Shown: piece after piece, positions 38,743 through 49,016 of the stretch
Numbering within the stretch: position 1 is the first letter of the stretch
Layout: every line of letters starts with the position of its first letter
Assembly: GCA_965243205.1 (NCBI GenBank)
Contig: CBDEUK010000001.1
Location: 288,001 to 352,000, forward strand
Length of the DNA: 64,000 nt
Source: Gammaproteobacteria bacterium
Lineage (GTDB): Bacteria > Pseudomonadota > Gammaproteobacteria > Eutrophobiales > Eutrophobiaceae
Direction: 5' to 3'
Notes under the pieces: generated by a model
The model's input: only the letters and a program-made list of their open reading frames with translations
Databases searched by the model: none
Told to the model about the DNA's origin: nothing
Translations under genes and position numbers: made by a program

Positions 38743-40629
38743 TTAGAATAAATATTTTAAATTGAATGCCGCAAAGTCTCGGTCATTGAGTAAATTGTAA
38801 CGCCCTGCACCAAAGAAATTAGTATAGCTTATATCAGCCTGCCAACTGTTTTGATAATCAAACCCCATACCTAATGTAATTGCTTTTCTTCCTTCTAGAA
38901 AGTTGCCACCAGGCCCAGGCGTATTACCAGTAACATCGTGTGACCATGCGAAACGCGGCAAGACATTAACGCCAGCAAAAACATTATTATAGGTCAATCG
39001 ACCTGCGATACGATAACCCCAAGAAGTCGCATCAGCAAAATGTTCAGAACCTTCTGCCGCTTTACCTGCATGAAAGCCATTAGCACTTGCATGAAATGGA
39101 TTACCACTGGTAAATGTTCCAGCACTGTTCAAACGCAAATCGCTTTTCTCAGGCATGCCATGTACATGCGTAATACCAATTTCAGTCACTAAAACACCTT
39201 GATTGGCTTTGAATACTGGCCCAAATATTTTGGTGGCTGTAATTTGTAATTGACTGACATTTCGTTCGATGAAGCCAGGAACAACTTGGTTTATGCCAGT
39301 TGAAGCACAACCATTATCGATTTGGTTTTGACTAACTACTGCACCTAAGCTCCCAGCTAATGGAGCAGATCCTAAAGTCGCATCACTAAGTGGACATAAT
39401 GCAGCAAATAACAACTCCACATCATCGACCTGTAAAGGTGCATCATTAATAAAGGTATACTCACCTTGAAAAGCTATTCCCTTAAATTGTGTATTAAAAC
39501 TTAATCCTAGTCTTTGAATGTCTTCTGGGTATTCAATAAAATAATTTGCTGTTTGTACATAAGCGTTAGTTGCTGCTGCTGCTCCAAAGCCTAATGAGCC
39601 CGCTGCTGCAGCTACTCCACCAGCAGAACCAGTAGTCGCACTAATAATAGGTGTACGGCTATAGTGATTAATAAAATAAATACCGAATTCTGTATCGTTT
39701 AATTCTTCTGAGTAATATCGAAGCGATATTCCAAATTCACCACCATTACCAGGTCTACTATCAGCTGCTCGCATTACTGCTAAAAAATCTGGATCAAAAC
39801 CAGCTAGAGTAGTGGTACCTCGATCAGATACACTGCCAAAACCCAATAAGACTCTATCTCCTCCATCACCTACAAAATCATTAGTAGAGAAATACGAACC
39901 TGTAGGCTCAACAATTGTACGTTCCCAATCATATTGATAATAACCTTCTAAGGTTGCAACATCAGTTGGTGAAATAGAAAAAGACACCATGCCCACAGGC
40001 ATTAAAGCATCGCGTATCTCGGAACCCGGGGTACGAAGTTTGGTAACATCGAATGGATTAATCACATTAATACCATTTTGAATGAATGTACTTTCACCCC
40101 AACTTAAAACCTGTTCGCCAACTTTAATCGAAGCCGGCATATTTCCTATTTCAAATTCACTCCATGCGTATAAATCAAGTAAGTCTAAATTTTCAGCAAC
40201 TAGACGCTCAGCTTTATTAGATAGCGGTGTCCGATCACCTGCATCATCGCTCACAAAATCTTTAAAACCACGAAAACGCGTAAAGACGCCAAAATTTTTA
40301 TATTCGACATCTATTTCTGATGTAAAACGAATGGTGTTACTGATAATACCTTGATCAAAATTTTGATTGCCATCATCGTTATTCTCAGAAAAAGAAGTAC
40401 CGGCAATTGAGGAACCAACGCCTAGTAATCCAGCATTAGTAGGGTCCGGAGAAAGTCCGATAATATCAGCATCGTGGTCAGATACTCGATAAGCTTGTCC
40501 ATAGCTTAGAGTCGTATCGATATTAAGAATAAGGTCGCCTTTACTCAACTCAACCGCACACAAACTGCTAGCCTTTGATAGCAAAATTAGGATGAATAAC
40601 TTCTTAAGTTGAGAGACTGATAGGCGCAT
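38743..40629 (-). CDS. DUF1302 outer-membrane protein
   Basis: DTTLSYG, NNDDGNQNF, QVLSWGESTF, YPEDI, C-terminal DRDF...YLF. Confidence 0.93.
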   Translation of the reverse strand: MRLSVSQLKKLFILILLSKASSLCAVELSKGDLILNIDTTLSYGQAYRVSDHDADIIGLSPDPTNAGLLGVGSSIAGTSFSENNDDGNQNFDQGIISNTIRFTSEIDVEYKNFGVFTRFRGFKDFVSDDAGDRTPLSNKAERLVAENLDLLDLYAWSEFEIGNMPASIKVGEQVLSWGESTFIQNGINVINPFDVTKLRTPGSEIRDALMPVGMVSFSISPTDVATLEGYYQYDWERTIVEPTGSYFSTNDFVGDGGDRVLLGFGSVSDRGTTTLAGFDPDFLAVMRAADSRPGNGGEFGISLRYYSEELNDTEFGIYFINHYSRTPIISATTGSAGGVAAAAGSLGFGAAAATNAYVQTANYFIEYPEDIQRLGLSFNTQFKGIAFQGEYTFINDAPLQVDDVELLFAALCPLSDATLGSAPLAGSLGAVVSQNQIDNGCASTGINQVVPGFIERNVSQLQITATKIFGPVFKANQGVLVTEIGITHVHGMPEKSDLRLNSAGTFTSGNPFHASANGFHAGKAAEGSEHFADATSWGYRIAGRLTYNNVFAGVNVLPRFAWSHDVTGNTPGPGGNFLEGRKAITLGMGFDYQNSWQADISYTNFFGAGRYNLLNDRDFAAFNLKYLF

Positions 40630-40830
40630 TGGAGTCGGCTTACCTCCTCCTGGAGCTATTGTATTTCTACACAGTATTCTACCAAAGCCGGCATGGAGAG
40701 CACTGCTAATCGATTAATCTTTATTAACCCATATGGGGTAGCTTGAGAGGATAAGCTAAAGTGTTACTTGAAGTAAAGAATTTTTTAGTAAATAACGATA
40801 AGTTTTTATTATAAATAACTGATTTATATG

Positions 40831-42123
40831 TTATTCGTCTAAAGATATTTTCTCAGTTGTTGCAGAAAGCCTGTAAATAAGTGTGCGTAGAAAAACTTTC
40901 AAAAATCGCACCTGGCAGTCTAAAGAAACCTGTGAAATCACTGTAGAATTGACTTTGAGCAGAGAAGTCTCCTCGCCAGCAACAATCGATGCCGTACGCT
41001 TAGTTTTTGCCAAATAGCCCATTTCACCAAAACAATCTCCTTGTCTGAGAATGCGTATGGTTTTGCCACTTTTTTGCACATCAACAAAACCATCAACAAT
41101 GATGTAAAACGAATCATCCATATCACCTTCTACAATAATATGTTCACCTTCGGAATAATCTTGCCATGCACTGGCACGAATGATTTCCCAAATTTCCGAA
41201 TCATGAAAGCCTTGGAAGAAACCTAATGATTTGATTTTATTAAAATGTTCTTCACTGGTGATATCGATTAGAGGTTTCTCTAAACTTTCAAATAATTGAC
41301 TTAAATCACAAGCGATATCGAAGCCCATTTGATAGCGTTCACTCACTTCTCTTTGCAAACATTTTTCGACGATTTTTGCCAAAGAATCAGGTATATCAGC
41401 ACGATAATTTTGTATTGGGGTCGGCTCTTCTGTGATCACCTTATTGACTAAGCGGGTGAAGTTTTCCGCAGCAAACGGGTGTTTGCCAGTAAGTAATTCA
41501 TACATTACAACACCCAACGAATATAAATCCGTTTGATTACCGACGGTATCCTCACGTAACTGCTCTGGTGACATATAGCGCGGTGAACCAATAATCCCCA
41601 TGACCTGGGTAGCCGTAGCGTCTTTTTGTGTGAATTGAGCGATAGAAAAATCGGCGATTTTTACATCTTGGTCTTCGGTAAAAAGAATATTGGAAGGTTT
41701 TATATCGCGGTGGATGATGCCTTCGCGATGTGCATAATCCAAAGCCTTCGCACATTTAAAGATAATCTCAACAACTTTTTTAAGGGGTAATAAATTTTCA
41801 GATTCCGTAACCGGTTTGAGAGTACCCCCGCCTTCAACGTATTCCATCACGATGTAACACACTTCTTCTTCCACACCCGCATCAAAAATGCGAATAATAT
41901 TCGGGTGTGTCAATGAACCTGCCGTATGGGCCTCATTGAAAAACATCTTACGGTAACGCTCTCCAGACTTAGGATCGCTAAGAGATTCAGCAAGCGCGAG
42001 CTTAAGTGCAACCGGTTGATCTAAAAACGGATCGTGTCCTAAATACACAACTCCCATACTGCCACGGCTGATTTCATCCCTGACATCATATTTACCCAGT
42101 TTCTCTGGTATTGGATTAGACAT
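40831..42123 (-). CDS. Cytoplasmic Hanks-type Ser/Thr kinase with C-terminal cNMP-binding domain (paralog 1)
   Basis: RGSMGVVY, VALK, HRDIKPSN, DFS in place of DFG, GSPRYMSPE; cNMP motif FGEMGYL...RTAS; no TM segment. Confidence 0.92.
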   Translation of the reverse strand: MSNPIPEKLGKYDVRDEISRGSMGVVYLGHDPFLDQPVALKLALAESLSDPKSGERYRKMFFNEAHTAGSLTHPNIIRIFDAGVEEEVCYIVMEYVEGGGTLKPVTESENLLPLKKVVEIIFKCAKALDYAHREGIIHRDIKPSNILFTEDQDVKIADFSIAQFTQKDATATQVMGIIGSPRYMSPEQLREDTVGNQTDLYSLGVVMYELLTGKHPFAAENFTRLVNKVITEEPTPIQNYRADIPDSLAKIVEKCLQREVSERYQMGFDIACDLSQLFESLEKPLIDITSEEHFNKIKSLGFFQGFHDSEIWEIIRASAWQDYSEGEHIIVEGDMDDSFYIIVDGFVDVQKSGKTIRILRQGDCFGEMGYLAKTKRTASIVAGEETSLLKVNSTVISQVSLDCQVRFLKVFLRTLIYRLSATTEKISLDE

Positions 42124-42347
42124 AAAAAATTTTCAATGGATAATAATCGTTATACTGTATTAATCAGCTGTAAGTATGTATTTGGTGCACTGCATAAATT
42201 AGGCCTGAATAGTACTTGAATACCACTTATTTTGATAGAGACGGTTTTTTTGTAACAAGTTAGACGCTGTTGTTTATAATAACAAGTACAATAGTGTTAG
42301 CTATGTCACTGTGACGAAAATAAATTGGTTTACTGAGGAGAGCTGGG

Positions 42348-42785
42348 ATGACGACGACTGTACAGCAATTACTCGAAGGTAAAGATCATAAGGTGTATTC
42401 AGTGAGTCCTGATACCTTTGTTTTTGATGCGATAAAATTAATGGACCAGACCAAAGTAGGTGCGTTATTGGTCATGAATGATGAAGAGTTGGTAGGCATA
42501 GTCTCTGAGCGTGATTATGCCAGAAAGGTTATTCTTAAAGACCGCCAATCTCATACTACGCCAGTTAAAGATATTATGACGCAAAACGTACTGGGCGTAT
42601 CACAACATGATTTAGTTGATGATTGTCTCAAGATCATGTCCGACAATCATATTCGCCACTTACCTGTTCTTGAGAATAACCATCCCATTGGCATTCTTTC
42701 TGTGATGGATGTCGTTAAAAATATTTTATCCGAAAAACAAGCCTTAATTGATCAATTAGAAAGCTATATTGCCGGAGTGGGTTAA
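42348..42785 (+). CDS. Stand-alone CBS-pair protein
   Basis: VGALLV, GIVSERDYARK, IRHLPV, GILSVMDVV. Confidence 0.92.
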   Translation: MTTTVQQLLEGKDHKVYSVSPDTFVFDAIKLMDQTKVGALLVMNDEELVGIVSERDYARKVILKDRQSHTTPVKDIMTQNVLGVSQHDLVDDCLKIMSDNHIRHLPVLENNHPIGILSVMDVVKNILSEKQALIDQLESYIAGVG

Positions 42786-43826
42786 ATGCGCAACATTTTC
42801 TTTTCTATAGTTATCATGGCCGCCATTCTATTAACCTGGTGGTTTTATTCGAACCCTAATGAATCATCAAATATTCTGCCTGAAGAAGAAGTTGCTACGA
42901 ATTCTTCTTCAACTCCATCAGTTCAATCAGAAACAACTATTACCCAAGAAGCAGAACACTATATTGAACAGATAACCGATCAAACTATCAATACGGTAGA
43001 AATGACAGATGCCGATGACTTTGTAACCAAAGATCAAAACATTTATTTAGGCGATTCAAAAGAAATAGAAACACTTTCTTTAAATGATTTAGAAAGCTCT
43101 GATTTTAACAATAAAGCACCTATCACTCTTATTGAGACTCAACAGCAAATTATTCATAAAACACCCAGTGACATTTTGTTAGAAGCCAAAGGTGACAAAA
43201 CAAAACAGATTCAATATTTAGAAAATAACACTATTACAGAAAGTTCTATTGGCGAGCTATTAGAAAAATACCCATTAGATACCATAGAAAATATTCCAAT
43301 CATTATAAATACTGAAAACTACGTAATTACGACAATAGATGAATTAAAAAATAATTCTGAAATAGATAAAGATGAACCTTTAAAAATTATAAAAAAACCT
43401 TACCGAGAAACAACTACCAGTATCGGTGAGTTGCTTATGACAGATGAATCAATTGCGAATGATGATATTTTTTATGTCAGAAATATTAATGATTCTGATA
43501 AAGCAGGTATCTGGGGAATAGTTCAAGATGGTTTATTACAAAATTTTGCTAAAGGCATAGCCATTAAACGTGGCGAAAATTATGAAAAATATCAAATTGA
43601 AATCCCTAAAGAAGCCGATGAAAAACTAGCTGATCAAACCAGCTCTTTCCTGGGCAAACTCATATACGATAAATCTCAAAAATCGTATGTCTATAATTTT
43701 GAAAAAGGCAAAATGGGTAGAAACCCAAATCTAATATACCCCGGTAGTGAAATAGTTATCATCCAGTTCACTCAAGACGAATTAATTGAAATTTATAGAC
43801 ATTTCGTAACTAAAAATAAAACATAA
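42786..43826 (+). CDS. Hypothetical N-terminally anchored acidic protein with a LysM-like C-terminus
   Basis: One N-terminal TM helix, internal SIGELL repeat, NPNLIYPG motif; ATG directly follows the CBS stop codon. Confidence 0.65.
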   Translation: MRNIFFSIVIMAAILLTWWFYSNPNESSNILPEEEVATNSSSTPSVQSETTITQEAEHYIEQITDQTINTVEMTDADDFVTKDQNIYLGDSKEIETLSLNDLESSDFNNKAPITLIETQQQIIHKTPSDILLEAKGDKTKQIQYLENNTITESSIGELLEKYPLDTIENIPIIINTENYVITTIDELKNNSEIDKDEPLKIIKKPYRETTTSIGELLMTDESIANDDIFYVRNINDSDKAGIWGIVQDGLLQNFAKGIAIKRGENYEKYQIEIPKEADEKLADQTSSFLGKLIYDKSQKSYVYNFEKGKMGRNPNLIYPGSEIVIIQFTQDELIEIYRHFVTKNKT

Positions 43827-43849
43827 AGTCACTTTAAACCAACGACGTC

Positions 43850-43873
43850 TTCTGTATACTTAAACAGTATAAT
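43850..43873 (+). promoter_or_regulatory. LexA-type SOS box adjoining a TATAAT -10 element upstream of pgi
   Basis: TTCTGTATACTTAAACAGTA (CTGT-N8-ACAG at 43852-43867), TATAAT at 43868-43873. Confidence 0.45.
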
Positions 43874-43923
43874 TACTTAATTCCTTGCGTTTTTATAATA
43901 CGACTTAGAACATAGGTTATTAG

Positions 43924-45519
43924 ATGTTGTCTGAATATATCAATCCGAGCAAAGCTCCTGAATGGGAAGAACTCACAAAACACTTCCAATCAATAAAACA
44001 TAAACATTTAATTAATTTTTTTGAACACGATAGTGAACGAGCAAATAATTATTCTTTCACTATTGATGAACTGCTCATCGATATATCAAAAAACTTTTTC
44101 AATGCATCAACATTTAATAATCTGTTCAAACTAGCAAATGCAGTACAACTAAAACCTCAGATCGACGCCATGTTTAATGGTGACGACATCAATCTAACTG
44201 AGCAACGTCCAGCGATGCATTGGGCTTTGCGTGCTAATCGTCAACAGCTTGCTTCTCAAAATAAATCATTAGCATTAGAGATTCATTCTGAATTTGAAAA
44301 AGTTGAATCTATTGCTGAACATATCCGCTCTGGCTCTTTTAAAGGTTACAGTGATAAACCGATTAACACCATTGTAAACATTGGGATTGGCGGTTCTGAT
44401 TTAGGCCCTCGTCTGGTGTGTAATGCTTTAAAGACATTTTCAGATTCTTTTATCAATCTTCAATTTGTTTCTAACGTTGATAAAAGTGATTTAGAGCAAG
44501 TATTAGAAGTATGCAACCCCGAAACAACTTTATTCATCGTCGCTTCAAAATCGTTTAGTACTTTAGAAACAAAAATGAATGCAGAGAGTGCTCGTCAATG
44601 GATTATGAATAAAGGCTGTACTGATTTATCAAAACATTTCATCGCTATTACTGCAAATACTAAAGCAGCTATTGGGTTTGGAATCGAAGAGCAAAATATT
44701 TTGTCATTTTGGTCATGGGTAGGAGGACGTTACTCCTTATGGTCTGCGATAGGTTTACCTATCGCTATTTCAATCGGCATGGACAATTTTCGCAACCTAT
44801 TATCAGGTGCTGCTAAAATTGATAATCATTTTAAATCCAATGATTTTAATACCAACATTCCTGTTCTACTTGCTCTATTAGATGTTTGGTATAGAAACTT
44901 TTTAAAAATAGAAACGCTTGCTGTTGTTCCTTATGATCATAATCTTAAATTATTACCCGATTATCTTTCGCAATTGATCATGGAAAGTAATGGTAAAAAT
45001 ATTGACCGTAACGGAAAAGCTATCAATTACCAAACATCATCTATTGTTTGGGGTTCAGTCGGTACCAATGCTCAACATGCTTTTTTCCAACAATTACATC
45101 AAGGTACCAATAAAGCCGCTGTTGATTTTCTAGTTAGTATTAATAATTTTTATGATGATAAAAAACACCAACAAGCTTTATATGCAAACTGTATTGCTCA
45201 AAGCGAAGCACTAATGGTGGGTAAATCTGATAACACTAGTAATGAAACCTATCGTTATTTCGAAGGTAACCGCCCTAGCACTATATTTGTCTATGAAAAA
45301 TTAACACCTGAAATATTAGGAATGATTTTAGCTATCTATGAACATAGAACTTTTGTACAAGGCTGCATCTATAATATTAATTCATTCGACCAATGGGGAG
45401 TTGAACTAGGTAAAGAATTATCGAATAAAATTTCAGGAGAGTTAAGCAATAAACAAATTAGTATCCATGATGAATCTACCAAAAACTTACTTAAACATTT
45501 TTTATCAAAACAAAATTAA
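43924..45519 (+). CDS. pgi: Glucose-6-phosphate isomerase
   Basis: NIGIGGSDLGP, SKSFSTLET, WVGGRYSLWS, MESNGK, QHAFFQ, FDQWGVELGK. Confidence 0.97.
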   Translation: MLSEYINPSKAPEWEELTKHFQSIKHKHLINFFEHDSERANNYSFTIDELLIDISKNFFNASTFNNLFKLANAVQLKPQIDAMFNGDDINLTEQRPAMHWALRANRQQLASQNKSLALEIHSEFEKVESIAEHIRSGSFKGYSDKPINTIVNIGIGGSDLGPRLVCNALKTFSDSFINLQFVSNVDKSDLEQVLEVCNPETTLFIVASKSFSTLETKMNAESARQWIMNKGCTDLSKHFIAITANTKAAIGFGIEEQNILSFWSWVGGRYSLWSAIGLPIAISIGMDNFRNLLSGAAKIDNHFKSNDFNTNIPVLLALLDVWYRNFLKIETLAVVPYDHNLKLLPDYLSQLIMESNGKNIDRNGKAINYQTSSIVWGSVGTNAQHAFFQQLHQGTNKAAVDFLVSINNFYDDKKHQQALYANCIAQSEALMVGKSDNTSNETYRYFEGNRPSTIFVYEKLTPEILGMILAIYEHRTFVQGCIYNINSFDQWGVELGKELSNKISGELSNKQISIHDESTKNLLKHFLSKQN

Positions 45520-45525
45520 ATAATC

Positions 45526-46824
45526 TTACGGTTGAGTATTACCAACAACTAAGCTATTCGATAAAGATAGGCGTTTCACCAAACTATTCATAAAGACTTT
45601 ACTAAAACTTAATTGACAATCAATTGAAACTTGATCAATCAATGTCGCATTTATCTTCATTAGGTTCACATAATCCTTAGCTCGAATACTAGCTGTTCTT
45701 TGGCTTTTCGTTAAATATGCCATTTCACCAAAACATGAACCTTTGCTTAAAGTACCGAGAATTTGGTTATCTTTAACCACCTCAACATTACCGGAAGTAA
45801 TGATATAAAAGGAATCATCGATATCTCCTTCAACAATAATTTGATCACCAGGTTCAAACTCTTGCCAAGTTGCTGCTCGAATAATTTCCCAAATTTGTGG
45901 CTCAGGAAAATCTTCGAAAAAATCTAATTGCCTAATAGCATTAAATTTTTCTTCTACAGAAATATCTTTTTCAGGCTTCTCTAGAAAATCAAATGCTAAG
46001 CTTAAATCAGCAGCCATGTTTAACCCCATTTTGTATCGTTTAGCTGGATCTTTAGCGAGAGCAAAATGAATAATTTTTTCTAAAATCTCTGGTATGTCAG
46101 AACGATGTGTACTTAAAGGCAAATGTTTTTCATTGATCACTTTATGAATCAAACGTGAAAAACTTTCAGCATAGAAAGGATGCCTTCCAGTGATCAATTC
46201 ATACATCACAATACCTAGCGAAAAAATATCGGTTTGATTATTAATAGTATCTTCTTGAACTTGTTCTGGAGACATATACCTTGGTGAGCCTACAAAGCCC
46301 ATAGGCATGGTATTCGTTGTATCAGTCGAATCCACATGCGCAATACTAAAATCACCTATCTTCACGTTTTTATCTTTTGCCAACAATATATTGGTTGGCT
46401 TGATATCACGATGAATGATTCCTTGACGATGTGCATAATCCAAAGCCTTGGCACATTTAAAAACAATTTCGATAACTTGTTCAATCGGTAGTAAATTATT
46501 TGGAGTACAATAATTTTTTAATGTATCACTGCCTTCGATCAATTCCATTACGATGTAACAATTATCTTCTTCCGCACCTGCATCAAGTATCTCAATAATA
46601 TTCGGATGTTTTAACATTCCAGCAGTATGTGCTTCGTTGAAAAACATCTTACGATAGCGATTACCAGCTTCTTTATTGTTGAGTGAATCAGTAAGGGCAA
46701 GTTTCAAGGCAACTTGGCGGTCGGCATAGGGATCATAACCACGATAGACCATGCCCATGCTGCCTCTACCTATCAGCTTATGGATTTCATATTTACCTAA
46801 TTTTTCAGGAACGATGTTAGCCAT
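45526..46824 (-). CDS. Cytoplasmic Hanks-type Ser/Thr kinase with C-terminal cNMP-binding domain (paralog 2; likely start 46824)
   Basis: GRGSMGMVY, VALK, HRDIKPTN, DFS, GSPRYMSPE; FGEMAYL...RTAS; MANIVPEKLGKY aligns with the paralog 1 start. Confidence 0.92.
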   Translation of the reverse strand: MANIVPEKLGKYEIHKLIGRGSMGMVYRGYDPYADRQVALKLALTDSLNNKEAGNRYRKMFFNEAHTAGMLKHPNIIEILDAGAEEDNCYIVMELIEGSDTLKNYCTPNNLLPIEQVIEIVFKCAKALDYAHRQGIIHRDIKPTNILLAKDKNVKIGDFSIAHVDSTDTTNTMPMGFVGSPRYMSPEQVQEDTINNQTDIFSLGIVMYELITGRHPFYAESFSRLIHKVINEKHLPLSTHRSDIPEILEKIIHFALAKDPAKRYKMGLNMAADLSLAFDFLEKPEKDISVEEKFNAIRQLDFFEDFPEPQIWEIIRAATWQEFEPGDQIIVEGDIDDSFYIITSGNVEVVKDNQILGTLSKGSCFGEMAYLTKSQRTASIRAKDYVNLMKINATLIDQVSIDCQLSFSKVFMNSLVKRLSLSNSLVVGNTQP

Positions 46825-46843
46825 TCTTTTAATGCGCCTTCTT

Positions 46844-46877
46844 AAATAAAACAAAGCACCGCTATTGCAGTGCTTTG
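46844..46877 (-). terminator. Rho-independent terminator of dxs
   Basis: Minus strand CAAAGCACTGC-AATA-GCGGTGCTTTG followed by TTTTATTT. Confidence 0.75.
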
Positions 46878-46908
46878 GAGATTATCAGCAAATTATAGAT
46901 TATTTTAG

Positions 46909-48798
46909 CTAAGCTGTTTGTGCATTTTCAGTAGTTGGATCACACTGATGGCTTTTAATAAATTCCAAAATCCCATCCTTTGTTAGCTTCGCATCTTCTA
47001 ACATATCTTCACGAGAGCCATGAGGTAAGAAACGGTCTGGTAATCCGTAATTAATGACTCTTTGTACAATACCATGAGCCGCTAAGGTCTCAAGAACAGC
47101 AGAACCAGCGCCACCTTGTACCATATTTTCTTCGACAGTAACCAATAGGTCATGAGAATTAGCCATTTCAATGATCATTGATTCATCAATTGGTTTTACA
47201 AAACGCATATTCACAACTGTGGCATCAAGTTCATTGGCAGCTTCTAAGCAATCAGCTAAGACCGTTCCAAAAGCAAGAATTGCAATGCCTTTACCTTGAC
47301 GACGCACTTCAGCTTTTCCTATCGGTATCGCTGTCATTTCTTGTTGAATTTCAACACCTGGTCCACCACCACGTGGATAACGAACAGCTGCGGCACCATC
47401 GTGCATAAAACCGGTATACAACATTTGTCGGCATTCATTTTCATCCGCAGGAGTCATGATCACCATTTTAGGCAAACAACGCATAAATGAAATGTCATAA
47501 GAACCATTATGTGTTTGACCATCAGCCCCAACAGCACCAGCACGATCAATAGCAAATAAAACTGGCAGATCTTGAGTAATGACATCATGGATTAACTGAT
47601 CATAACCACGTTGTAAAAACGTTGAATAAATGGCCACTACTGGTTTCAAACCATCACATGCCATGCCTGCCGCTACGGTAACACTGTGTTGTTCAGCTAT
47701 TGCTACATCAAAATAACGATCTGGGTATTCCTTCTCAAAGCGAACAAGACCCGAGCCTTCACGCATTGCTGGTGTAATTGCGACTAAACGTTTATCAATT
47801 GCAGCCATATCGCAAACCCAATCACCAAATACCTTACTGTAAGTCGGCTTGCTCGGTTTATTACTTGGAATAATCCCTTTTTCTGGATCAAATGGCGTCA
47901 CGCCATGGTATTTAACAGGATCTTCTTCGGCTGGACCGTAACCTTTACCTTTTTGAGTAATAATGTGTAAAAGCTGTGGCCCATCAAGTTCTTGAATATT
48001 ACGTATGGTTTCTAATAAAGCCGGTAAATTGTGACCATCAATGGGTCCAATATAATTAAAACCAAATTCTTCGAATAAAGTACCTGGAACGACTAAACCT
48101 TTGATGTGTTCCTCTGCTCGGCGCGCTAATTCCCATGCTGGCGGCATCTTTGATAAAACTTTTTTACCCTGCTCACGTACCGAGGTGTATAACTTTCCAG
48201 AAATCAGCTGGGCAAAACGATTTGATAATGCGCCAACATTCGGTGAAATCGACATATTATTATCATTCAATATCACCAAAACATCGTTATCCAAACCACC
48301 AGCATGATTCAAAGCTTCAAATGCCATTCCAGCAGTCATAGCACCATCACCTATAACAGCAACTGCCTTTCGATTCGAACCCAGATTTTTTGCCGCGATA
48401 GACATACCAAGGGCAGCACTAATAGATGTACTTGAATGACCAACTCCAAAGGTATCGTATTCACTTTCTTCGCGTTTTGGGAAAGGTGATAAACCTTGCC
48501 ACTTTCGGATCGATTGCAGGCGATCCAATCGCCCTGTAAGCATCTTGTGAACATAGGCTTGATGACCTACATCCCAAACAATTCTATCTTCGGGGGTGTT
48601 ATATAAATAATGTAGAGCAACCGTTAGCTCAGTAACCCCTAAACTGGCTGCAAAATGACCACCACTTTGGCTCACAGAGTGCAATAAGTAATCACGCAAT
48701 TCTTGAGCGAGTGATTCCAGCTGTGATTCAGGTAATTTCCTAAGATCAGCAGGAGAAGAAATTGTATCTAGTATCGGTGTATTAATAGAGACCGCCAT
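46909..48798 (-). CDS. dxs: 1-deoxy-D-xylulose-5-phosphate synthase
   Basis: [50 protein letters not shown]. Confidence 0.98.
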   Translation of the reverse strand: MAVSINTPILDTISSPADLRKLPESQLESLAQELRDYLLHSVSQSGGHFAASLGVTELTVALHYLYNTPEDRIVWDVGHQAYVHKMLTGRLDRLQSIRKWQGLSPFPKREESEYDTFGVGHSSTSISAALGMSIAAKNLGSNRKAVAVIGDGAMTAGMAFEALNHAGGLDNDVLVILNDNNMSISPNVGALSNRFAQLISGKLYTSVREQGKKVLSKMPPAWELARRAEEHIKGLVVPGTLFEEFGFNYIGPIDGHNLPALLETIRNIQELDGPQLLHIITQKGKGYGPAEEDPVKYHGVTPFDPEKGIIPSNKPSKPTYSKVFGDWVCDMAAIDKRLVAITPAMREGSGLVRFEKEYPDRYFDVAIAEQHSVTVAAGMACDGLKPVVAIYSTFLQRGYDQLIHDVITQDLPVLFAIDRAGAVGADGQTHNGSYDISFMRCLPKMVIMTPADENECRQMLYTGFMHDGAAAVRYPRGGGPGVEIQQEMTAIPIGKAEVRRQGKGIAILAFGTVLADCLEAANELDATVVNMRFVKPIDESMIIEMANSHDLLVTVEENMVQGGAGSAVLETLAAHGIVQRVINYGLPDRFLPHGSREDMLEDAKLTKDGILEFIKSHQCDPTTENAQTA

Positions 48799-49016
48799 TT
48801 ATCCGCATTAGGCCCTTGTGTTAAATAAAGCCGTTCATTATGAAGTTGCTCAACCAAGCTTTCAAGTATCTCTGAAAATATATTTTTGAGTACTAACATT
48901 AAAAATAGCTTAATTTTAGTTTGTTGCACTGTACATTTGATGCTTCATCTATTATCGTGCCGCGTTAACTTATATCTAGTTACTTTTATCGAAGAACAAC
49001 AAAACGGAGTCTATTT

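Noticed and set aside
40680-40800. Small hairpins upstream of DUF1302 as a riboswitch
   Set aside because: Only short stems (TAGCTT/AAGCTA, CCCATATGGG) with no recognisable aptamer consensus; an Rfam scan would be needed
41720-46720. Short identical DNA stretches (e.g. TGTGCATAATCCAAAGCC) as direct repeats of a mobile element
   Set aside because: They fall inside conserved codons of the two kinase paralogs; no transposase or terminal repeats were seen
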